This document shows positions 57,758 through 64,000 of a stretch of 64,000 nucleotides of DNA, piece after piece. Source of the stretch: Minisyncoccota bacterium (GTDB lineage: Bacteria > Patescibacteriota > Minisyncoccia > Phycocordibacterales > UBA1550); contig JALNYL010000005.1 in NCBI GenBank assembly GCA_023229865.1, positions 4,422-68,421 on the forward strand. The letters run 5' to 3'. The stretch's first letter is position 1; each line of letters opens with the position of its first letter. The notes below the pieces were generated by a model. It was not told the origin of the DNA and did no database searches. It saw only the letters and a list, made by a program, of their open reading frames with translations. A program made the translations under genes and the position numbers.

Positions 57758-58759
57758 TTAGTTGAGTTTTACCGCTTTGTAATCAGCTGGTGCCTCTGCG
57801 AGATATTTTTCAAGCTGCTCGCGCGGGAGGAGGCCTTCTTGTGCTCCCACGTACTGCACTACAGACATTGAGTTGATCGGTGCCCATGCGATAGCTTCAG
57901 ATGGGGTCTTCCCAAGAGCGAGTGCTGAGACGAATGCCGATGCAAATGAATCTCCGGCACCTGTGCGCTCGTACGGTGGCTTTGGGTCTGGGTAGATAGG
58001 CATGAACCAGTTGTCGACGCCGTCAAACACATATGCTCCCTTTGGTCCGTCGGTAATAACTACAATCTTTGGTCCGAGGGCTGCAATCATTTTTGCAAGA
58101 TCCTTGCGCTCAATCATTTCGTCCTTCAAAATTTGTCGCGCTTCTTCTACGTTACAGAAGAATACTTCAGTGTGTGCATAAAGATCCTTGAGTGCTTCTA
58201 CGCCGAGCTTGATTTGGAAACCGCCTGGCTGGAATGAAAGCTTGGTCTCAGGGTGCGCTGCGAGGTAGCGACTGATCTCATGATGATACTCGAGTGACTT
58301 CTCGTTGAGCGATGAGAGGTAGAGCCACTTTGGACCAACGTCACCAAGGGGAAGTGTGTAGGGGAAATCTTCATGCTTGATGAGGATAGTGCGCTCGCTG
58401 TCGTACCAGAGTACATAGTGATAGTTGGTTTTGATCCCGTCGTATTCCTTAATGTACTGTGTGCTTACTCCGTCGTTTTTGAGTGATGCGAGACACTTCT
58501 TCCCGTCGTCATCGTTACCGAGGTTGGTGATGAGTGCGCTTTTGAGGCCGAGGCGTGAAGCAGACACGCAGGCGTTCGCGCTGTTGCCTACGGCGTAGCA
58601 AACCTTCACAAAGTCAAAAGGAACTTTTGCGCCAAATGGCATACAGAGTTCACAAGCATTTGTGTCAACGCGACAGGTTGTGTGAGCGTGATCTTCTTTG
58701 AGGCGAATAAATGCATCGACGACCGTGTCGCCAATACCAACGAAATCTAATTGGTCCAT
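57758..58759 (-). CDS. PfkB family carbohydrate kinase
   Basis: GNSANACV..SRLG, N.EEA, ITDGPKGA, TGAGDSF. Confidence 0.9.
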   Translation of the reverse strand: MDQLDFVGIGDTVVDAFIRLKEDHAHTTCRVDTNACELCMPFGAKVPFDFVKVCYAVGNSANACVSASRLGLKSALITNLGNDDDGKKCLASLKNDGVSTQYIKEYDGIKTNYHYVLWYDSERTILIKHEDFPYTLPLGDVGPKWLYLSSLNEKSLEYHHEISRYLAAHPETKLSFQPGGFQIKLGVEALKDLYAHTEVFFCNVEEARQILKDEMIERKDLAKMIAALGPKIVVITDGPKGAYVFDGVDNWFMPIYPDPKPPYERTGAGDSFASAFVSALALGKTPSEAIAWAPINSMSVVQYVGAQEGLLPREQLEKYLAEAPADYKAVKLN

Positions 58760-58859
58760 AAATTAATTATTTTCTCACTATTAATCCCTATATTCTATCA
58801 TACTAGAGCTTTTTTATGGTAGAATATCTTCATTAACAACAAAGAAATTAAGCGTTTTT

Positions 58860-59726
58860 ATGACATCAATTCCAACATTACGAGAGACGATTGCGCAGGC
58901 GGAAGCCAAGGGTGTTGCAGTGGGGCATTTTAATATTTCAGATATGGAGGGCTTCTGGGGGGTTATTAAGGGGGCAAAGGCAGCGGGGGTGCCCGTAATC
59001 ATCGGTGTCTCAGAGGGTGAGCGTGACTTCATTGGCATCAAGCAAGTCGTCGCAATCGTGAAGAGCGTACGTGATGAAGGATACCCTGTGTATTTGAATG
59101 CTGATCACACCTACACCTTTGAGCGCGTGAAGGAAGCTATAGATGCAGGATTTGATGCAGTCATCTTTGATGGAGCGAAGCTATCATTTGAAGAGAATGC
59201 GCGCGTTACGAAACAGTGTGTTGATTATGCACGCAGTGTGAATCCTGAAATTATTGTTGAAGCAGAACTCGGTTACATCGGTTCTGGCTCAAAAGTGCTT
59301 GATGAAGTGCCAGAAGGAGTATCTCTTGAAAATCTCACGACGGGGGAGGAGTCTGCACGTTTTGTACAAGAGACAGGAATTGATCTCTTTGCCCCGTCAG
59401 TGGGGAATATTCACGGTATGCTCCGCAATGCTCCTGAGCCACGTCTCAATATTGAGCGCATTAAGGAAGTTCGCCAGGCTGCGGGAGTGCCACTCGTGCT
59501 TCACGGAGGTTCAGGGACGAGCGATGAAGATTTCCAGGAGGCAATCAAGGCGGGGATTGGTATCATTCACATCAATACAGAAATCCGCGTTGCATACCAC
59601 GATGCAGTAAAGGCGTATTTGGCAGAGCACCCAGATGAGACTGCTCCATATAAATTTATGAAGCCAGCCGTTGATGCGGTGGCGGCGGTGGTGGAGAGGA
59701 GAATGAGATTGTTTAATATGATGTAG
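58860..59726 (+). CDS. fba: Class II fructose-bisphosphate aldolase
   Basis: FN, DH, EAELG, GNIHG, LVLHGGSG, INTE. Confidence 0.9.
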   Translation: MTSIPTLRETIAQAEAKGVAVGHFNISDMEGFWGVIKGAKAAGVPVIIGVSEGERDFIGIKQVVAIVKSVRDEGYPVYLNADHTYTFERVKEAIDAGFDAVIFDGAKLSFEENARVTKQCVDYARSVNPEIIVEAELGYIGSGSKVLDEVPEGVSLENLTTGEESARFVQETGIDLFAPSVGNIHGMLRNAPEPRLNIERIKEVRQAAGVPLVLHGGSGTSDEDFQEAIKAGIGIIHINTEIRVAYHDAVKAYLAEHPDETAPYKFMKPAVDAVAAVVERRMRLFNMM

Positions 59727-59741
59727 GCGTCGCTTTGCTCC

Positions 59742-59815
59742 AGTCAAAAGTTAAAAGTTAAACGTCGAAAGTGAATTCACGAAGGACGGTTTGCCTACGG
59801 CAAACCGTCCTTCGT
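59742..59815. repeat. AAAGTNN repeat tract plus 17-bp-arm hairpin (copy 3)
   Basis: AGTCAAAAGTTAAAAGTTAAACGTCGAAAG then ACGAAGGACGGTTTGCC-TAC-GGCAAACCGTCCTTCGT. Confidence 0.75.
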
Positions 59816-59875
59816 TGCTTGCAAATTGTTTATAAAAGCGTAGAACTAAATTACCTATCCGAATGCGAGATAGGG

Positions 59876-60388
59876 ATGAAAGGGGCTGTGCCCCAGAAGG
59901 GTTTGAAAATGTTGAAATTGTCAATTACACAAGGCCCCATAATTAACGGGGAAGATGTTGGTTTTGCTATTTCATTGAAACATATTAAGGAAATTTCAAA
60001 TTTCCTGTGCGAGTGGTATGAAGCAGTTCCTAGTGGAATTGCTAAACATATTGAGGTAATAAGAGTTGTTCCTTCGAATGGTAAACATAAATACGCGCGA
60101 GTGCTTATTGAGGTAATTCTCTCTGGGGATTCTTCGCGCGTTGGTGTTACAGGAATATCGGATGGCTTCATCTTGACTCCCTGGAAAAGTAGTATAGGCT
60201 ATTGTTTTTATTCATACGATTCATCTATGGATATTCTTGATGGTGATGCGAGGAGAGAAGTTGAAAAGGAGCTGAATGAGAGACTCGCGAGTGCTATCTG
60301 TCAGCAATTGGAAAGTCATCAAGCGCAGCACAAATATTTTGATTCTTTGTTCCGGCAGCTTGAAGGTGCAGAAAAATCGATTTTGTAG
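59876..60388 (+). CDS. Hypothetical protein (orphan; start 59876 or 59909)
   Basis: Fills the fba-rplY gap; followed by a CCCGCCGA/TCGGCGGG terminator. Confidence 0.6.
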   Translation: MKGAVPQKGLKMLKLSITQGPIINGEDVGFAISLKHIKEISNFLCEWYEAVPSGIAKHIEVIRVVPSNGKHKYARVLIEVILSGDSSRVGVTGISDGFILTPWKSSIGYCFYSYDSSMDILDGDARREVEKELNERLASAICQQLESHQAQHKYFDSLFRQLEGAEKSIL

Positions 60389-60495
60389 CATTCCGCCCGC
60401 CGATTATTCGGCGGGTTTTGTTTTTGCCTCATTTACATAGGGTAACCCTATGTAAATTTGCCTTTTTCATCTTATTTATGTATACTAGCCCCACT

Positions 60496-61134
60496 ATGAC
60501 TATCACATTAAAAGGAGAAATTCGCGACCCAAAGACAAAGCTTTCGGCTATTCGCGCAGAAGGTTTTATTCCCGCTGTATTTTACGGACACAATCAGGAG
60601 GCAACTCCATGTGTTTTTGCTGCAAATGAGTTTGTAAAGGCTTGGAAAGCAGCAGGCGAGTCAACAGTGGTTGTTCTCGAGATGCCAAAGGGAAAGGTGA
60701 ACGCACTCATTACTGAGGTTCAGGTTGACCCAGTGAAGGGTATGCCAATTCACGCTGACTTCTATGTTATCGAAAAGGGACACGAGGTTACCGTAAAGGT
60801 TCCTGTTGAGTTTACTGGTGTGTCAGAGGCAGTGAAGACTCTTGGTGGTCAGCTCGTGAAGGTTATGCACGATCTCGAAGTGAAGGCACAGCCAGAAAAT
60901 CTCCCTCATAGTTTTACCGTAGATATCGCTCCTCTCGTTGCGCTTGATAGTCAGATTCTTGCAGAGAGCATTGTTCTTCCAAAGGGAGTTACCCTCGTAA
61001 CCCACGGAAACGAAGTTGTTGCAGCTATCGCCGTTGCAAAGGAGGAAGTAGAAACTCCCGTAATGGATCTCTCAGCTATTGAAGTAGAGAAGAAGGGCAA
61101 GAAGGAAGAGGAAGCAACAGAAGAAGCAAAATAA
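60496..61134 (+). CDS. rplY: 50S ribosomal protein L25/Ctc
   Basis: R.EG.IPAV.YG, Q.DPV....HADFY, VPV...G, P..LP; acidic tail. Confidence 0.93.
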   Translation: MTITLKGEIRDPKTKLSAIRAEGFIPAVFYGHNQEATPCVFAANEFVKAWKAAGESTVVVLEMPKGKVNALITEVQVDPVKGMPIHADFYVIEKGHEVTVKVPVEFTGVSEAVKTLGGQLVKVMHDLEVKAQPENLPHSFTVDIAPLVALDSQILAESIVLPKGVTLVTHGNEVVAAIAVAKEEVETPVMDLSAIEVEKKGKKEEEATEEAK

Positions 61135-61138
61135 ATCT

Positions 61139-61190
61139 CATACAACAAAAAAGCCCGACGCGCGTGCGCATCGGGCTTTTTTGTTGTATG
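61139..61190. terminator. Long hairpin terminator
   Basis: 20-bp arms CATACAACAAAAAAGCCCGA/TCGGGCTTTTTTGTTGTATG. Confidence 0.8.
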
Positions 61191-61250
61191 GAGTATTACA
61201 TGTTGCATGTTTGTCGCGCTCCTCATTTGACGATATAATATACATTACCT

Positions 61251-62627
61251 ATGCCAAAAAGCATTCTTGGAAAAATTGTTGTTATTGTGGTTTTTGCTGC
61301 GATTGCATTTGAGGGTTTTACTCTTATTGCAGGCGCGCAAACCTCGCCTTCGTGCAACCCCGAAGATGCTGCTTGTCGCGCGAAGCTTGAGGCCGAGCTT
61401 GCGGCTGTTGAAAAAGAGATTAATGTTCAAGCAGCGCTCGTCGAAAGTAAGCAACGTGAAGGGGTCTCTCTTGAACGTGACTTGGTGATTTTGTCCGCAC
61501 AGATTCAAAAAGCAAAACTTTCTATCAAGGCACAAAATCTTTCTATTGCGAAACTCACTGATGATATCGGTGTGAAGAATCGCACTATTACGAAATACTC
61601 AGCAAAAATCGACCTTGAGCGTGAGTCGCTCGCGGGGCTCATGCGTCGCACCAACGAGCTCGATACCTACTCAATCATTGAGGTCGCACTCTCCGACAAA
61701 GAGATGTCAGATTTTTTTAGCGATTTGGATAACTTTGAATATGTTGAAGACGCGATAGGGAAGTCTCTCGAAGAAGTTGGTGCAGCGAAGAAGGTGACCG
61801 AAGAGGCAAAGGCGACCCTTGAAGAAAAAAAGAATAAAGAAATCGACCTCCGTTACCAGAAGGAACTTGAGCAGAAATTCCTCTCTTCAAAAGAAAAGGA
61901 AAAAGCCCAAGTGCTCAAAGTCACTAAAGGACAAGAGGTTGCTTATCAAAAAGTTTTGAGAGATAAGCAAGCAAAGGCTGCGTCGATTCGCGCGGCGCTC
62001 TTCGCCCTCCGCGATACGGGAGAGATTCCGTTTGGCACCGCATACGATTATGCAAAGCTCGTGTCACAGAAGACAGGTGTGCGTCCTGCGTTTCTTCTCG
62101 CTATTTTTATGCAGGAGTCAGGGTTCGGGAAAAGTCAGGGCTCGTGTTACCTCAAAGATACTACAACAGGAGCAGGGGTGGGTAAAAATACAGGAACGCC
62201 ATTTGCGAATGTTATGAAACCAAACAGAGATATTGAGCCGTTTATTGATATCACGAGTCGTCTCGGAAGGGATCCGTTTAAAACAGCTGTTTCGTGCCCA
62301 CAGCAAGCAGGTTATGGTGGGGCAATGGGACCTGCGCAATTTATTCCTTCAACGTGGGTGCTTTTTGAAAATCGCCTCAAGAATGCCCTCGGGGTCACTT
62401 CTTCTGATCCGTGGCGGGCGCGTGACGCGTTTATGGCGGCAGGATTTCTCTTGAAAGACAATGGTGCGAAGGCAAATTCGTACAGTGCAGAGCGTAATGC
62501 TGCGTGTCGATATTTCTCAGGCTCTGTTTGTTCGAAGTCTTCTTGGGCAGCAACGTATGGTTCTCAGGTTATGAGCAAGGCGGAAACCATCCAAACCACC
62601 ATGATCGACCCTATTGAGAACCTATAA
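61251..62627 (+). CDS. Coiled-coil protein with C-terminal lytic transglycosylase domain
   Basis: Signal peptide; long heptad region; AIFMQES, GAMGPAQFIPSTW. Confidence 0.85.
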   Translation: MPKSILGKIVVIVVFAAIAFEGFTLIAGAQTSPSCNPEDAACRAKLEAELAAVEKEINVQAALVESKQREGVSLERDLVILSAQIQKAKLSIKAQNLSIAKLTDDIGVKNRTITKYSAKIDLERESLAGLMRRTNELDTYSIIEVALSDKEMSDFFSDLDNFEYVEDAIGKSLEEVGAAKKVTEEAKATLEEKKNKEIDLRYQKELEQKFLSSKEKEKAQVLKVTKGQEVAYQKVLRDKQAKAASIRAALFALRDTGEIPFGTAYDYAKLVSQKTGVRPAFLLAIFMQESGFGKSQGSCYLKDTTTGAGVGKNTGTPFANVMKPNRDIEPFIDITSRLGRDPFKTAVSCPQQAGYGGAMGPAQFIPSTWVLFENRLKNALGVTSSDPWRARDAFMAAGFLLKDNGAKANSYSAERNAACRYFSGSVCSKSSWAATYGSQVMSKAETIQTTMIDPIENL

Positions 62628-62642
62628 AAAGGGGGATGATTT

Positions 62643-62671
62643 TTGACTAAATCCTCAACATTTGTTATACT
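62643..62671 (+). promoter_or_regulatory. Sigma70-type promoter of typA
   Basis: TTGACT, 17 nt spacer, TGt-TATACT. Confidence 0.7.
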
Positions 62672-62733
62672 CCACGGGTAATTCTGCTGGGTTCCAGCAG
62701 TTTTTCTTACCTATTTAAAGCTTAATTAATCAC

Positions 62734-64000
62734 ATGGAAATCAGAAATATCGCAATTATCGCTCACGTGGACCACGGCAAGACAACCTTGACCGACGCCT
62801 TGATGCGCCAGACAGGAATGACCAAGGAGGGCGTAACGATGGACTCAAACGCTCTTGAGCAGGAGCGCGGTATTACTATTTATGCAAAGAACACCTCTGT
62901 GTTCTACAAAGACACCAAGATTAACATTGTGGACACACCAGGTCACGCCGACTTCGGTTCTGAGGTGGAGCGCGTGCTTCGTTCTATCGACACCGTGCTT
63001 CTCCTTGTGGACGCACAGGAAGGTCCTATGCCACAGACACGTTTCGTGCTCAAGAAGTCACTCGAGCTCGGACTCAAGCCTATCGTTGTTTTGAACAAAA
63101 TCGACAAGCCAGCAGCGCGTCCTCAGGAGGTGCATGATGAAGTGTTTGAGCTTTTCTTTGAGCTCGGCGCAACAGATGAGCAGCTTGATTTTACAACCGT
63201 GTACGCTATTGGTCGTCAGGGTATTGCAAAGCGCACACTTGAAGAAGAGTCGACTGATCTCACACCACTCCTTGATGTAGTTTTGGAAAAGGTTCCTGCA
63301 GTGAAGGCTGATATTCATGCTCCTATGCTTATGCAGCCTTTCAACTTGGGTTACGATAACTTCCTTGGACGTCTCGCTATTGGACGTATTTACCAGGGTA
63401 CTATTCATGCAGGGGAGGCAATCATTATTAAAAATGTTGATGGCACTTCACGCAATGCGAAGATCACCAAGCTTTGTACTTTTGAAGGTACTGAGCGTAA
63501 GGAGGTAGAAGAAGCAGTTGCAGGTGATATCGTGATGGTGGCAGGACTTCCTGATGTGTACATCGGAGAAACACTTTGTGTAAATGCAGACCAGGAGCCA
63601 TTGCCTGCTATTAAGGTTGATGAGCCAACTATTTCCCTCAACTTCTTTGTGAACGACTCACCATTCGCAGGCCGCGAAGGTAAGTTTGTTACGATTCGTC
63701 AGATTCGTGAGCGTCTTGAGCGCGAGCTCGAGGTCAATGTGGGTCTCCGTGTAGACTTCTCAGCAAACGACTCATTCAAAGTATATGGTCGCGGAGAAAT
63801 GCACATCTCGATTCTTCTTGAACAAATGCGTCGTGAAGGATTTGAGCTCCAAGTGTCACAGCCTCAGGTTATTATCAAAGAGGAGAATGGCAAGAAGCTT
63901 GAGCCGTACGAGGAACTCATCATCGACGTTCCTTCAGAGCTTTCAGGTATCGTGATTGAAAAGCTCAACAAGCGTAAGGCTATGATGACCAACATGAAAG
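62734..64000 (+). CDS. typA: Translational GTPase TypA/BipA (partial, runs off the window)
   Basis: [59 protein letters not shown]. Confidence 0.96.
   Translation, partial: MEIRNIAIIAHVDHGKTTLTDALMRQTGMTKEGVTMDSNALEQERGITIYAKNTSVFYKDTKINIVDTPGHADFGSEVERVLRSIDTVLLLVDAQEGPMPQTRFVLKKSLELGLKPIVVLNKIDKPAARPQEVHDEVFELFFELGATDEQLDFTTVYAIGRQGIAKRTLEEESTDLTPLLDVVLEKVPAVKADIHAPMLMQPFNLGYDNFLGRLAIGRIYQGTIHAGEAIIIKNVDGTSRNAKITKLCTFEGTERKEVEEAVAGDIVMVAGLPDVYIGETLCVNADQEPLPAIKVDEPTISLNFFVNDSPFAGREGKFVTIRQIRERLERELEVNVGLRVDFSANDSFKVYGRGEMHISILLEQMRREGFELQVSQPQVIIKEENGKKLEPYEELIIDVPSELSGIVIEKLNKRKAMMTNMK

Noticed and set aside
1-64000. Alternative genetic code (UGA=Gly)
   Set aside because: Core genes are full length under code 11, and TGA ends genes at 16215 and 34744

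Overview
A bacterial chromosome segment read in genetic code 11. Gene content and style point to Patescibacteria (CPR, Parcubacteria-like): split transketolase, a stand-alone VirD4/TraG-like ATPase, lamin-tail/PKD and Gly/Cys-rich surface proteins, and many apparently leaderless genes. This taxonomy is inferred, not verified. Housekeeping genes are murC, rsmI, murB, secA, obgE, gatB, gap-rpiB-rpe-tkt, a PfkB kinase, fba, rplY and typA (partial). An ~25 kb glycan locus (8539-33310) carries gmd/gmm/fcl/manC, wzm/wzt, many glycosyl- and methyltransferases, a frameshifted GT, a B12 radical SAM gene and an O-antigen-ligase-like protein. A variable region (33.3-35.7 kb) holds a REP-associated tyrosine transposase with flanking inverted repeats and a 73-bp tandem duplication. 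The most unusual signals are non-coding. (i) Two adjacent small structured RNA candidates at 33347-33570, where the loop of the second is complementary to both ends of the first in circularly permuted order. (ii) A composite element (AAAGTNN repeats plus a long hairpin) found three times, each before an orphan ORF. (iii) Two related MITE-like palindromes. (iv) Two long structured 5' leaders, one before an unannotated 37-aa histone-H1-like peptide next to a DnaA box. No rRNA, tRNA or CRISPR array was seen. All calls come from motif recognition by eye; no database searches were run.
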